A stretch of 56,471 nt of DNA from a virus. Lineage: Duplodnaviria; Caudoviricetes. The notes under the pieces are model-generated. The model was not told the origin of the DNA, did no database searches, and was given only the letters and a program-made list of their open reading frames with translations. Below, one piece after another: positions 45,851 to 55,110 of the stretch (position 1 is its first letter; each line of letters begins with the position of its first letter). The position numbers and the translations under genes were made by a program. Location: the IMG/VR virus record IMGVR_UViG_3300027851_000033, positions 1 to 56,471 of that record; one strand, given 5' to 3'.

Positions 45851-46822
45851 ATGAATGCACCAGCAACTCAAAATCCCATAGCCGCTTTTAGCGGGTTTAT
45901 GGACAAACTAAAACCGCAACTCGCCTTGGCGCTGCCCAAGCACATGACGGCTGACCGTATGGCCAGGCTTGCGCTAACTGCATTCAGTTCTAGCGCACAA
46001 ATGCAGGAATGCTCACCCAGGAGCATTGCTGCGGCAATAATGACAGCCGGGCAGCTTGGGCTTGAGCCGGGGGTTAACGGGGCAGGCTACTTGATCCCCT
46101 ATAAAGGCACCTGCACATTTGTGCCTGGCTGGAAAGGATTGGTTGACCTTGTCTCTCGCTCTGGACGCGGAACGGTTTATACCGGCGTGATTTTTAGAGA
46201 TCAGCAATACACCTTTACCGACGGTGCCAAACGCGACCTAATCATCCACAACGAGACTGATCTTGATGCGCCAGAAGACATGACCCATGCCTACGCGATT
46301 GGTTGGGTACGCGATGCCACCATGCCCATCATTGAATTGTGGAGCGTCGAGAAAATCCGCAAGCACCGAGACAAATACAACAAGGTGGGCAGCAAGCACT
46401 ACAGTTTCCGAGACTGGGAAATGTATTGCCGCAAGGTGCCTCTGCTACAGGTACTCAAGTACATGCCCGCATCCATTGAGATGGCCAATGCCATAGACAT
46501 TAGCAACGCGGCAGAGGCCGGTCGCGGAGCAACGATTGAAAACGGCATCGTCATTGATCCAGATACCGGCGCACCAGAAGAGCCTCAGTTCTACCCGCAA
46601 GAAGATTTTGACAAATCGCTGCCCAACTGGGAAAAGCTGATCCTTAATGGAAATAAAACGCCTGAGCAAATAATCATGGTCGCCAGCTCGAAAGCGCCGC
46701 TTACAAAAGAGCAGAAGGCAGTGATCATGGCCGTCAAGCCTTCGGCAACGGGCGAAATGAGCGAAGAAGAGATTGCCGAAGCGCGTGCCAGAGAACTTGC
46801 TGAATCTAAAAATGGAGCCTGA
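45851..46822 (+). CDS. recT: RecT-family recombinase
   Basis: ALPKHMTADRMAR, GQLGLEP, YLIPY and GWKGLVDL. Confidence 0.9.
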   Translation: MNAPATQNPIAAFSGFMDKLKPQLALALPKHMTADRMARLALTAFSSSAQMQECSPRSIAAAIMTAGQLGLEPGVNGAGYLIPYKGTCTFVPGWKGLVDLVSRSGRGTVYTGVIFRDQQYTFTDGAKRDLIIHNETDLDAPEDMTHAYAIGWVRDATMPIIELWSVEKIRKHRDKYNKVGSKHYSFRDWEMYCRKVPLLQVLKYMPASIEMANAIDISNAAEAGRGATIENGIVIDPDTGAPEEPQFYPQEDFDKSLPNWEKLILNGNKTPEQIIMVASSKAPLTKEQKAVIMAVKPSATGEMSEEEIAEARARELAESKNGA

Positions 46823-46823
46823 T

Positions 46824-48422
46824 ATGACCTATCAACAACACGACCTAAAGCAAGGCACATTGGATTGGGCGGCCTTTCGAGCTACCCACTTCGGCGCATC
46901 AGAAGCCGCCGCCATGCTAGGACTATCGCCTTACGCGACGCGCAATGATCTTCTCAAACTTAAGTCGACTGGCCTTGCGCCAGAAGTCGATGCAGCCACG
47001 CAGCGCATCTTTGATCGCGGGCATGAAACGGAAATCGGCGGGCGCTCTATGGCAGAGGACTTGATTGATGACGACCTCTACCCGGTCGTCGTTTCCTCCG
47101 GGAGACTATCGGCATCCTGTGACGGATTGACTATGGATGAATCTATCGCATTCGAGCATAAGCAGTGGTCTGTAAAGCTCGCCGACAGCCTGCGTGCTGG
47201 CATTCTCCCGGAACACCACCAGCCACAAGCTCAGCAGGTGATGATGCTCACCAGAGCGCCTCGCTTGCTGTTCATGTGTTCTGACGGCACGCCGGAAAAC
47301 TGCGTGCACTTGTGGGTAGATAGCGATCCAGAATGGCACGATCGCTTGCGCAACGGGTGGCAACAATTCGGCGAAGACTTAGCCAACTACCAACATATTG
47401 AGCATGCGCCCGCTATTGTGGTCGCTCCGATTGATGACCTGCCCGCCCTCACAGTCGAGCTTGTCGGCCAAGTCACTAGCAGCAATCTTGCTTTGTTCAA
47501 GTCGGCAGCACTTGCCAGAATCGAGAGCATTAACACCGATCTGCAAACCGATGAAGATTTTGCAGTCGCCAAAAAAACTGTCAAGTTCCTCGATGACGGC
47601 GAAAAACGGTTAGTACTTGTCAAGCAGCAGGCACTGAGCCAGACCGCCAGCATCGACGAACTATTCCGCACAATGGACGCTTTGCGCGAGGAAATGAAAG
47701 CCAAGCGCATCACGCTGGACAAGCTAGTGACAGCGCGCGAAGCATCCATCAAGATCGAGATCATGCAAGCAGGTAAAGATGCGCTGGCAGTCCATATCGC
47801 CACACTGAACAAGCGGCTGGCGACAGTTCAAATGCCACCGATCGTTGCCGATTTTGCCACCGCCATCAAGGGCAAACGCAATCTCGAATCCATGCGCGGC
47901 GCAGTTGATGACTTGGTGGCGGCAAAGAAAATCGAATCAAATGCTATTGCAGACAAGATACAGATCAACTTGGCAACACTGGATGAAGCCAAAGAATATG
48001 GGTTCCTTTTCAGCGACCGCGCCACACTGGTGGCGAAGGAAGCCGACGATCTTGCGCTCGTCATCAGGTCGCGCATCGCAGACCATAAATCTGCCGAAGA
48101 AAAACGACTAGCCGAAGAACGCGAAAAGATGCGCAAGGAAGAAGAGGCCAAGGCGGAGGCCAAGATCAAGGCAGAACAAGCCGAATCACAGCGAAAGGCA
48201 GCAGCCGAAGCCGCCGCAAAGATCGAAGCCGACCGCAAAGAGTTCGCAGCACCGCCGAAGCAACCTGAAAATGTAACGAAGCGGTCAGAGACTCAAAAAG
48301 TCACGAGAGACCAACTTCTAACTTACCTGGAAAACATTGTGCGCGAGCTAACAACCAATGAGTTGGGCGAGCTAATTGCTCATGCAGATCACATGATTCT
48401 TAACCGAGAGGAGGACGCATGA
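46824..48422 (+). CDS. YqaJ-like exonuclease with coiled-coil extension
   Basis: QGT..W..FR...GASEA, RGHETE, SASCDG and FEHK. Confidence 0.88.
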   Translation: MTYQQHDLKQGTLDWAAFRATHFGASEAAAMLGLSPYATRNDLLKLKSTGLAPEVDAATQRIFDRGHETEIGGRSMAEDLIDDDLYPVVVSSGRLSASCDGLTMDESIAFEHKQWSVKLADSLRAGILPEHHQPQAQQVMMLTRAPRLLFMCSDGTPENCVHLWVDSDPEWHDRLRNGWQQFGEDLANYQHIEHAPAIVVAPIDDLPALTVELVGQVTSSNLALFKSAALARIESINTDLQTDEDFAVAKKTVKFLDDGEKRLVLVKQQALSQTASIDELFRTMDALREEMKAKRITLDKLVTAREASIKIEIMQAGKDALAVHIATLNKRLATVQMPPIVADFATAIKGKRNLESMRGAVDDLVAAKKIESNAIADKIQINLATLDEAKEYGFLFSDRATLVAKEADDLALVIRSRIADHKSAEEKRLAEEREKMRKEEEAKAEAKIKAEQAESQRKAAAEAAAKIEADRKEFAAPPKQPENVTKRSETQKVTRDQLLTYLENIVRELTTNELGELIAHADHMILNREEDA

Positions 48423-48688
48423 AAACCAAGCAACCCACCATTCCAATGCACAACGTCAAGTCAAGCCAGATTGAATCCGTCGGGCATCACGGTGACACGC
48501 TGGCCGTGAAGTTCAAATCTGGAGGCACCTATCACTATCACGGCATCACTCCCGCTCAATTCGCTGACCTGCAAAAAGCTGAGTCGGTAGGCGCTCACCT
48601 GGGCAAATTCATCAAACCACATCACAAATTTACAAAACTAGAAGACCCATCATCGAGTAGTAATAACACCCACCCAAAGGAGTATTGA
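48419..48688 (+). CDS. KTSC-domain protein
   Basis: VKSSQIESVG...L.VKF.SG.TY.Y.G...AESVG. Confidence 0.85.
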   Translation: MKTKQPTIPMHNVKSSQIESVGHHGDTLAVKFKSGGTYHYHGITPAQFADLQKAESVGAHLGKFIKPHHKFTKLEDPSSSSNNTHPKEY

Positions 48689-48689
48689 A

Positions 48690-49043
48690 ATGACAAAGCC
48701 CATTAATGAAAATATCCGCGACGTTCGTATCGAGGACGAAAACGGCGACCTGTATTCAATCCTTGATATTGCCGGAGCGAAGCTGTCGGAACTCATCGCC
48801 GCCGTGGTCAACACCAACAAGGCCGGAAGTTTAACCATGAAGATCGACATCAAGCCTAGCACGGCAGGTGCCCTCGCCGTCAAAGGAGATGTGAATATCA
48901 AAAAACCCAAGGGCTTGCCACCTGAGTCGCTTTTGTGGCCAACACCAGAAGGCAACCTCATGTCCGACGATCCGCGACAGACCAAACTGGAACTCAAGCC
49001 CGTTGCCGTCGAGCCCCGCGAACTCAAGCAAGCTGCCAATTAA
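48690..49043 (+). CDS. Phage hypothetical protein preceding DUF2303
   Basis: TNKAGSLT..I.IKP and TPEGNL..DDPRQ. Confidence 0.75.
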   Translation: MTKPINENIRDVRIEDENGDLYSILDIAGAKLSELIAAVVNTNKAGSLTMKIDIKPSTAGALAVKGDVNIKKPKGLPPESLLWPTPEGNLMSDDPRQTKLELKPVAVEPRELKQAAN

Positions 49044-49078
49044 GTTTCGGTCAGAGCACAAATTTTAAGGAACCAAAA

Positions 49079-49930
49079 ATGAATGATGCACCAAACCCAC
49101 GCGGCGACGCCGAAACGATGATCCGCGCCGGAACAGCCCTCACCCTTCCCAGCTCCCCGCTCGATGGCATCCAACTGAAAAACGGCATCCCTTACACAGT
49201 TATTCCCAAAGAATACATCGTGCACAGCCTGGAGGATCTGCTACCGGCCCCATCGCGAAAACGCGCCACCGTCACCACATCTACTACGGAAAGCTTCATC
49301 GCTTATGTAAAAAAGCACGGTAGCCCTGATGAGTGCGTTATTTACGCCAACATTGACAGCCAGAAGTCACACTGCACACTCGAAGCTGTGATCAATGATC
49401 ATGCCGCCGAATTCCAACAATGGCGCGACCATCGCTGCACCTTCGCGCCAGCCCTGTCCGTCGAATGGAAGCGATGGCTTGGAAGCAACGATTCCAAGAT
49501 GAATCAAGCGGACTTCGCTACCTGGCTCGAAGATAACTTGGGGGATGTCGCCAACGTCCCCGGCATGCCGACAGGCGCTCAAATGCTCACCCTGGCGTTG
49601 GCTTTCGAGGCGACGGCCGATAAGAAACTAAAAAGCCGCATCAATCTGCAATCGGGCGGCATGCGCTTTGATTACGTAGATGACGAAGACAAGGAAACCC
49701 GCACCAGCATGGAGGTTTTTCAGCGATTCACTCTCGGTCTGCCTGTGTTTGAAGGTAGTAGCGACGCCTATCCCATTGAAGCGCGCCTGAAATATCGGGA
49801 AAACAGCGGAAAATTAACATTCTGGTACGAGTTAATACGCCCAGATCGCGCCTTCAAGACGGCTGTTAATTCTTCCCTTGAGCAAATAAAAGCCGCCACC
49901 GGATTCATGATTCTGCAAGGGACGCCCTGA
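49079..49930 (+). CDS. DUF2303 (YfdQ-like) protein
   Basis: SFIAYV, AVINDH, QADFA.WLEDN and ARLKYR. Confidence 0.8.
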   Translation: MNDAPNPRGDAETMIRAGTALTLPSSPLDGIQLKNGIPYTVIPKEYIVHSLEDLLPAPSRKRATVTTSTTESFIAYVKKHGSPDECVIYANIDSQKSHCTLEAVINDHAAEFQQWRDHRCTFAPALSVEWKRWLGSNDSKMNQADFATWLEDNLGDVANVPGMPTGAQMLTLALAFEATADKKLKSRINLQSGGMRFDYVDDEDKETRTSMEVFQRFTLGLPVFEGSSDAYPIEARLKYRENSGKLTFWYELIRPDRAFKTAVNSSLEQIKAATGFMILQGTP

Positions 49931-49933
49931 ATC

Positions 49934-50410
49934 ATGGCCAGCGTTAATAAGGTGATTCTGGTTGGTAACCTGGGTAAAGACCCCGAGTCGCGCTATATGC
50001 CCAATGGTGACGCCGTGGTGAATATCACGCTGGCGACCACCGATACATGGAAAGATAAAGGGACAGGAGAAAAGAAAGAGGCGACCGAATGGCATCGCGT
50101 GGTTTTTTTTCGCAAATTAGCTGAAATTGCGGGGCAATACCTGAAAAAAGGCTCACAGGTGTATATCGAAGGCGCGCTGAAAACTCGCAAGTGGGAGAAA
50201 GACGGACATACCAACTACACCACCGAAATCTTCGCTGATTCGATGCAGATGCTGGGTAACCGACAAGGGATGAGTTCAGGTAGTGGTTCAAATGACTACC
50301 CTACGCGCGAGAGCAGTTATGGGGCTACCACTACCGCCACAGGCAAACCAGACCCTGCAGCACAGGCGAGTAGCAACTTCAATGATTTCGATGATGAAAT
50401 TCCATTCTAG
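49934..50410 (+). CDS. ssb: Single-stranded DNA-binding protein
   Basis: [18 protein letters not shown]...TEWHRV...DDEIPF. Confidence 0.97.
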   Translation: MASVNKVILVGNLGKDPESRYMPNGDAVVNITLATTDTWKDKGTGEKKEATEWHRVVFFRKLAEIAGQYLKKGSQVYIEGALKTRKWEKDGHTNYTTEIFADSMQMLGNRQGMSSGSGSNDYPTRESSYGATTTATGKPDPAAQASSNFNDFDDEIPF

Positions 50411-50423
50411 GGACTAACTACCC

Positions 50424-50633
50424 ATGATGAACGAACAACAATCTCTTATTCTGGCAACCATCCGGATCTACGCCGCGACACATCCCCGCCCTGCAAGCGT
50501 TACGCAAAAACAAGCAGCCGAAATGATGGAGGTGAGCGAGGCAACGGTTAGCCGGATGGTTGCCAGACGCATATTCAGGCTCAACAAGCTGGGAAGAATA
50601 CCCATAGCTCAAGTTGATGCAGTTTTAGCATGA
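50424..50633 (+). CDS. Excisionase-like HTH protein
   Basis: VTQKQAAEMMEVSEATVSRMV...GRIPI. Confidence 0.65.
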   Translation: MMNEQQSLILATIRIYAATHPRPASVTQKQAAEMMEVSEATVSRMVARRIFRLNKLGRIPIAQVDAVLA

Positions 50634-50663
50634 GATTAGAAAGGCGGAAAAAAGGAGACGTAA

Positions 50664-50942
50664 TTGAACAAGGCAGACGAGAACGCATTGACCGAATACT
50701 GGCACCGCGAAACGCGGTACGTAAACGATAAGGTGGATGAAGCATTCAAGGACGCGCAAGACCACGCCTACGCACTTGGACTGAAACGCGGCAAGGAGGA
50801 GATGCTGGACTATGCGAAGAGACTGGTTGCGGCCAGAGACGCCGAAGACCAGCGCGAATGGACGGCGATCATCAGCGCGATCTGCAAACTCGGCGCTGAC
50901 AAGACGGAGAACTGGAATGACAGACTACAAAACCCTGTTTGA
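50664..50942 (+). CDS. Hypothetical protein
   Basis: AAGGAG RBS with TTG start. Confidence 0.6.
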   Translation: MNKADENALTEYWHRETRYVNDKVDEAFKDAQDHAYALGLKRGKEEMLDYAKRLVAARDAEDQREWTAIISAICKLGADKTENWNDRLQNPV

Positions 50943-51393
50943 GCAGGCAGTACGCACGCTGGCCGCGATTGATGAGGCGCTTGGCATCGGTGATGACGGA
51001 TGCGGCGACCCCGACCAGACGCTGCACGCGATTGCAGAACTGAAGGCTCTCCAAAAAATGGAGGCCCCACAACTGCGCAAGATTCACCCGCTAGATTTTC
51101 CGATTGAAGTGTTTTTGGCTGACCTGACAACACGAACGGCAAACATCATCCGAGCCGAATTGGCAGGGTTCGCCTCATTCGCCGGAACAGGAACATTCGA
51201 CATTGAGCCGCCATTTACTGTGCGCCATCTGTGCATGTTCAGCCGTAGTGAAATTCGAAAGTGGCCGAACTTCGGGCGCAAGAGTTTAAACGAAGTGGAG
51301 GAAATGCTGCGGGCTAGAGGCTTGCAGTTGTGGGAGAAGCACGACGATAGATCGCTGCGCCTGCTACGTGAACATAAGGAGTATTTCAAATGA
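50917..51393 (+). CDS. Protein with RNA polymerase alpha-CTD-like domain
   Basis: LTTRTANII...TVRHL...SEIRKWPNFGRKSLNEVEEMLRARGL. Confidence 0.75.
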   Translation: MTDYKTLFEQAVRTLAAIDEALGIGDDGCGDPDQTLHAIAELKALQKMEAPQLRKIHPLDFPIEVFLADLTTRTANIIRAELAGFASFAGTGTFDIEPPFTVRHLCMFSRSEIRKWPNFGRKSLNEVEEMLRARGLQLWEKHDDRSLRLLREHKEYFK

Positions 51394-51647
51394 CGACCGT
51401 GACCAAGGAAATGATCGGCGCTGCGCATGACGTGACGCTCGAAAGTGGCGATGGACGCAGCGCGATGAAAACGTGTGCGACCTGCAACGCCAGCCACAAG
51501 AACACCGTTGAGCGCGTGCTGCGCTGCATGGGTTGCGTGGCAAAGCCGAGCGGCAACAGCAACTGGCGGCCATTGGTGCCTAACGATGCAGTTCAGGGGC
51601 GCGAGGCGGCCTTATCGGCGGAGCGTCCCTCTCGAACGCAGGGTTAG
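51390..51647 (+). CDS. Small Cys-containing protein whose 3' end reads through attC1
   Basis: CATC...CMGC; the C-terminus from PNDAV onward is attC sequence. Confidence 0.5.
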   Translation: MTTVTKEMIGAAHDVTLESGDGRSAMKTCATCNASHKNTVERVLRCMGCVAKPSGNSNWRPLVPNDAVQGREAALSAERPSRTQG

Positions 51648-51649
51648 AA
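51578..51649 (-). mobile_element. attC1 (72 bp)
   Basis: Minus: TTCTAAC-CCTGC-GTTCGAGA...CCTGAAC-TGCATC-GTTAGGC. Confidence 0.85.
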
Positions 51650-51732
51650 ATCATGGCGATAGTGAAAACTGGCGATTGCCCCTATTGCGGAGCGCCGAAC
51701 AAGCGCAAATGTTTTTGTAAACGGAGATCGAG

Positions 51733-51999
51733 ATGCAAGAACTACTGATGATGTACGACCCGGCAACCGGAATGCAAAAGCCCTACCCGAGCCACGCCGA
51801 GCAATGGCGGAAGTTTCACGGCGAGATGGCATGGCTGTTCAATCCTTGGACAGGCACAAGGCGGCACGCTCTTGATGTTGGTAGCGACACCTTTGGGCGT
51901 GGTATTCGCATAGAGGATTGCTTAGAGCGCGCGGCAGTGATGAGCCAAGCGCAGGGATCAAGCCAACAAATACGCGGAGGAATTCTCCGTGACGCATAA
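51733..51999 (+). CDS. Cassette A gene (88 aa)
   Basis: GGAG RBS; TAA stop lies in the next core site. Confidence 0.7.
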   Translation: MQELLMMYDPATGMQKPYPSHAEQWRKFHGEMAWLFNPWTGTRRHALDVGSDTFGRGIRIEDCLERAAVMSQAQGSSQQIRGGILRDA

Positions 52000-52075
52000 C
52001 GTAGAGCTAAGGGGCCGAGCCGCAGGCGAAGGTCCCGTGGAGCGAAGCGGAACGAACTTGAGCGCCGGGTTAGGC
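51994..52075 (-). mobile_element. attC2 (82 bp)
   Basis: Minus: GCCTAAC-CCGGC-GCTCAAGT...CCTTAGC-TCTAC-GTTATGC. Confidence 0.9.
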
Positions 52076-52098
52076 GGCGCAGACATTGGAGACAGCAA

Positions 52099-52350
52099 AT
52101 GAGACAACCTCACGAATTGATGGCAGATGACTATTGCGGACCCTCGAAAGTGATTAACTTGGGCCAGATTCAAAACCGCGATGGGTTCAGATTCATCGGT
52201 ATCGACAAGCACGGCAAAGAGCATTTTTGCATTGTCCGCAAGGGTGACGGCGGATCGTTTTACATGAACAGCAACACGGCGCTGTTTGAGGATTTGTGCG
52301 GATGGCTGCCCGATCCTGATGCGCCGACTTTTGGAGGTAGCGAAACATGA
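52099..52350 (+). CDS. Cassette B gene 1 (83 aa)
   Basis: GGAG RBS. Confidence 0.7.
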   Translation: MRQPHELMADDYCGPSKVINLGQIQNRDGFRFIGIDKHGKEHFCIVRKGDGGSFYMNSNTALFEDLCGWLPDPDAPTFGGSET

Positions 52351-52556
52351 GCATTCACGTTTGCAAATGCACTCACAACGGGCGCGAGGAATACCACCTG
52401 CGTTACCCCGGAATGACCGAAGCGGAGGCGCGAGAACTGGCCGACAGAATCAACGGCGGATGGCTCCGGCCACCAGAGAAGCCGAAGGGCGGATTGGCCG
52501 AAGCGGTCAAGATAGCAAGGGGCGGGGATGCACCGATACCGTTCAAGAGATCGTGA
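52347..52556 (+). CDS. Cassette B gene 2 (69 aa)
   Basis: GGAGG RBS and ATGA overlap. Confidence 0.65.
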   Translation: MSIHVCKCTHNGREEYHLRYPGMTEAEARELADRINGGWLRPPEKPKGGLAEAVKIARGGDAPIPFKRS

Positions 52557-52557
52557 C

Positions 52558-52635
52558 CCCTAACGCCGGAGTTAAGGCGGCTGCCGAAGGCAGTCCGGCG
52601 ACCGAAGGGAGCGAACCTTGAACGACTTGTTATGC
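52558..52635 (-). mobile_element. attC3 (78 bp)
   Basis: Minus: GCATAAC-AAGTC-GTTCAAGG...CCTTAAC-TCCGGC-GTTAGGG. Confidence 0.9.
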
Positions 52636-52755
52636 GCTGACGGTTACTGGTGCGTGGTTTGTGGGCGATACCTGCCCGACGATGACGGGGTGGTTGTTCA
52701 CGACGACGTGCCACACCCGGAGATGACTTTCGACGAAGAGGAAAGGCCGCAATGA
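52618..52755 (+). CDS. Cassette C gene 1 (45 aa, MNDLLCADGYWCVVCGRYLPDDDG...), start inside attC3
   Basis: GGGAG-6nt-TTG inside the attC; CxxC motif; ATGA overlap with the next gene. Confidence 0.5.
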   Translation: MNDLLCADGYWCVVCGRYLPDDDGVVVHDDVPHPEMTFDEEERPQ

Positions 52756-52946
52756 GCGAGAACGGAATTACCCACTACTGCCTCGGCAACGGGGAGTTGA
52801 AGTGCGACGGCTGCGGGCAGGAAAAGAACTGGCAGACGTTGAACCAGATGCCCGACGCGCTGCGGAAGACGCTGCAAGCGCAGGCGCAACGGATCGACGA
52901 CACCGACTGCATCCTGTCCGGGCGCCCGTGGTATGTGGGCGCATAA
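52752..52946 (+). CDS. Cassette C gene 2 (64 aa, Cys-rich)
   Basis: TAA stop lies in the next core site. Confidence 0.65.
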   Translation: MSENGITHYCLGNGELKCDGCGQEKNWQTLNQMPDALRKTLQAQAQRIDDTDCILSGRPWYVGA

Positions 52947-52996
52947 CGCTTGAATTCAGCGGCGGCGAAGCCGTCCGCTGGAATGATTAGTTGGGC
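52941..52996 (-). mobile_element. attC4 (56 bp)
   Basis: Minus: GCCCAAC-TAATC-ATTCCAGC-GGACGGCTTCGCCGCC-GCTGAAT-TCAAGC-GTTATGC. Confidence 0.92.
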
Positions 52997-53021
52997 CTCG
53001 ACGGCCCGGAAAGGAAACGAC

Positions 53022-53381
53022 ATGAGCTTGCACGATGAAATTCGGAGTGCCCAGATACGAGCGGGCGAGGACGCGGTGATTCGCAACCTGGAACGCTTGG
53101 GATTCGCGCCATCTGCGCCGCAAACGGAAAGCCGACTGGAAGTGCTGGAGCGCGAACACCAAGAGTTTTTCGAGCGCTGGCATGCCGAGCGACGCAAACG
53201 CGAAGAGCTGGAGGATGCGATACGCGACATATTCCCGGCAGCGCACCGGCTGGCACTGGAGTTGGAATGCCTGCTGCTCGACACCAAGGACACAGCAGCG
53301 GTAAGCAAGTGGTGGGACTCGGCAAACGAAGCGCTGGAACAGTGGCGCGAGTTCTGCCGGGAAGAGACGCACAACGCTTAG
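53022..53381 (+). CDS. Cassette D gene (119 aa, coiled-coil)
   Basis: AAGGA RBS before MSLHDE; stop lies inside attC5. Confidence 0.7.
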   Translation: MSLHDEIRSAQIRAGEDAVIRNLERLGFAPSAPQTESRLEVLEREHQEFFERWHAERRKREELEDAIRDIFPAAHRLALELECLLLDTKDTAAVSKWWDSANEALEQWREFCREETHNA

Positions 53382-53431
53382 GTGAGGCGCGGGCGGCTTT
53401 TCGCCCGTCGCGCTCGACCGATGGGTTAGGG
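53369..53431 (-). mobile_element. attC5 (63 bp)
   Basis: Minus: CCCTAAC-CCATC-GGTCGAGC...CCTCACC-TAAGC-GTTGTGC. Confidence 0.88.
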
Positions 53432-53436
53432 GTGCG

Positions 53437-53724
53437 GTGGATAACAGAAAGGATGAAGCGATGAAATCACAGATGCGCATGGAGTTTGAAGCACGACATG
53501 GGTTTGAGGTTTGCGACGACATGGATATTCAAACATCCGTTGCATGGGACAACTGGAAAGAGGCGTGGAAGGCGGCAATAGATCACGCCCGCTACAAAGC
53601 CAACGAGTGCGCCGACAACAACGCATACACGCCTGCGCAGAAACGGGCGCTTGGCGCTTGGCTGCAACGGGTTGCACTGACGGTCGAAGACGAAACCCCT
53701 AACGCTGAGGTAACCGGCGCATGA
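53437..53724 (+). CDS. Cassette E gene (about 87-95 aa)
   Basis: WDNWKEAWKAA pattern; ends inside attC6 (TPNAEVTGA*). Confidence 0.65.
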   Translation: MDNRKDEAMKSQMRMEFEARHGFEVCDDMDIQTSVAWDNWKEAWKAAIDHARYKANECADNNAYTPAQKRALGAWLQRVALTVEDETPNAEVTGA

Positions 53725-53775
53725 CAGCAAGCGAAGCGCCGCTGGCAGGCGTCCGCGTTGATTGATTAGTTATGT
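53697..53775 (-). mobile_element. attC6 (79 bp)
   Basis: Minus: ACATAAC-TAATC-AATCAACG...GGTTACC-TCAGC-GTTAGGG; the L boxes pair imperfectly. Confidence 0.8.
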
Positions 53776-53779
53776 TTCT

Positions 53780-53832
53780 TTGCGTAGATACACAAACAGC
53801 TTGACATTGTTTGATTGCGTGACTACACTAAC
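53780..53832 (+). promoter_or_regulatory. Cassette F sigma70 promoter (TTGACA-17-TACACT) with direct repeats TTGCGTnnnTACACnAAC 35 bp apart
   Basis: -35 at 53801-53806, -10 at 53824-53829; repeats start at 53780 and 53815. Confidence 0.8.
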
Positions 53833-53860
53833 AATATCAACAACGCAAACGGAGAACGAA

Positions 53861-54058
53861 ATGAAAACAGCCTACGAACTTCTGATGACCGCCCCGGATA
53901 GCCAAGTGAAGCGGGCACAGATCGCCTTCAGGGCGGTGGCCGATGGTCAGTGGCTTGACGCGGCGCACAGCCTGCGCAATGCGGCGAACGAGGAAACCGG
54001 CCAGTGGGCGAACGAAGCCCGCGAACTGGCGGAACACTGCGAACAGGTGGCAGCGTGA
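53861..54058 (+). CDS. Cassette F gene 1 (65 aa)
   Basis: GGAG RBS before MKTAYEL. Confidence 0.7.
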   Translation: MKTAYELLMTAPDSQVKRAQIAFRAVADGQWLDAAHSLRNAANEETGQWANEARELAEHCEQVAA

Positions 54059-54213
54059 TGTGGAAGGTTGAACGAGACAAGGTTGTTGTGTGCCGCCAAG
54101 TGGTCGCCCCCTACATCGTCGGGACGTACCGCTGGCGGTGGGTTGCGGTTGTTGTTGCGTGGGCGCTGGCGCATGGTTGGTGGGGTTGTTATGTGAGCGA
54201 GGCCGACGAATGA
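54058..54213 (+). CDS. Cassette F gene 2 (51 aa, hydrophobic, Trp-rich)
   Basis: TGATG coupling upstream and ATGA coupling downstream. Confidence 0.55.
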   Translation: MWKVERDKVVVCRQVVAPYIVGTYRWRWVAVVVAWALAHGWWGCYVSEADE

Positions 54214-54386
54214 ACGCGCAACGTGGCGGGCCGGGACGCGGCCAAGGACGCAAGCCGATAGCCAAGGACGGCGAACTGATGCGCGCCCGCCCGGTGCGAA
54301 TGACCGACGAGGAATGGGCGAAGTGCAAACGCCTCGGCGGGGCAGCATGGGTGCGGGCGAAGATCAAGGCTGCCCGTGAAACATAA
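54210..54386 (+). CDS. Cassette F gene 3, small RHH-like DNA-binding protein
   Basis: RGGPGRGQGRKP...PVRMTDEEW...LGGAAWVR; TAA stop in the core site. Confidence 0.75.
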   Translation: MNAQRGGPGRGQGRKPIAKDGELMRARPVRMTDEEWAKCKRLGGAAWVRAKIKAARET

Positions 54387-54449
54387 CGTGTAGGTAAGCG
54401 GCCGTGAGCGGCCTTATTGCGAACGGTCCGCTTGACCGTAGGGTTAGAG
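54381..54449 (-). mobile_element. attC7 (69 bp)
   Basis: Minus: CTCTAAC-CCTAC-GGTCAAGC...GCTTACC-TACAC-GTTATGT. Confidence 0.92.
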
Positions 54450-54461
54450 GTCAACTTGACT

Positions 54462-54776
54462 ATGGCAAATTTACTGGAACAACAACGATACATCACGGAC
54501 GTTATTGCCCCCGCTGCCCGTAAAGCGGCTTCTGGATACCCACGCGCTCACCAGATGCGAAGCGAGAGGCAAGACGGATACAACATGCTCCACGGACGAC
54601 CGCACGGCTTCAAGTGGCGACCGATCTACAGCGTTACCGTTGAGTTCGAGAGCGCAGAAAAGGCGCAGGAGTTTTTCGAGTCGCTGCACGAGAGTGGGAT
54701 TGTGACCTCTAACGCAGAGTTCAGGCCGCTGGACGCGGCTTCATCGCGGCCAGTCGCGCCTGGAACGACGGGTTAG
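54462..54776 (+). CDS. Cassette G gene, reads through attC8
   Basis: MANLLEQQ...; the TAG stop is in the far core site of attC8. Confidence 0.6.
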   Translation: MANLLEQQRYITDVIAPAARKAASGYPRAHQMRSERQDGYNMLHGRPHGFKWRPIYSVTVEFESAEKAQEFFESLHESGIVTSNAEFRPLDAASSRPVAPGTTG

Positions 54777-54778
54777 AG
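54707..54778 (-). mobile_element. attC8 (72 bp)
   Basis: Minus: CTCTAAC-CCGTC-GTTCCAGG...CCTGAAC-TCTGC-GTTAGAG. Confidence 0.92.
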
Positions 54779-54811
54779 CGCCGCTGACGACAATAAAGAA
54801 AGGAACGAATC

Positions 54812-55009
54812 ATGACCGAAGACCAGTACAAGAACGCGAAGCAATTGAAGTCCGAAATCGGCAACTACAAGGGGGCGCTTGATTCCCTGATTGACGAGCG
54901 GAACTACCTCGATTTGCCACAGGAGATGTACGACCGCCACATGACCGAAAAGAAAGCGTTCCTAGAAGCGGAGCTGGCGCGGCTGGAGGCGGCATTTGCT
55001 GCGCTCTAA
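54812..55009 (+). CDS. Cassette H gene (65 aa)
   Basis: AAGGA RBS; TAA stop in the core site. Confidence 0.75.
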   Translation: MTEDQYKNAKQLKSEIGNYKGALDSLIDERNYLDLPQEMYDRHMTEKKAFLEAELARLEAAFAAL

Positions 55010-55074
55010 CGCCCGAAATGAGGGGGCGGACGCAGGTTTATCGCGGACGCTCCCTCTCGATTGACTGGTTCGGC
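55004..55074 (-). mobile_element. attC9 (71 bp)
   Basis: Minus: GCCGAAC-CAGTC-AATCGAGA...CCTCATT-TCGGGC-GTTAGAG. Confidence 0.85.
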
Positions 55075-55110
55075 GGCGTCTTACCAGCGCCGACTTTTGA
55101 AAGGGTGGTG

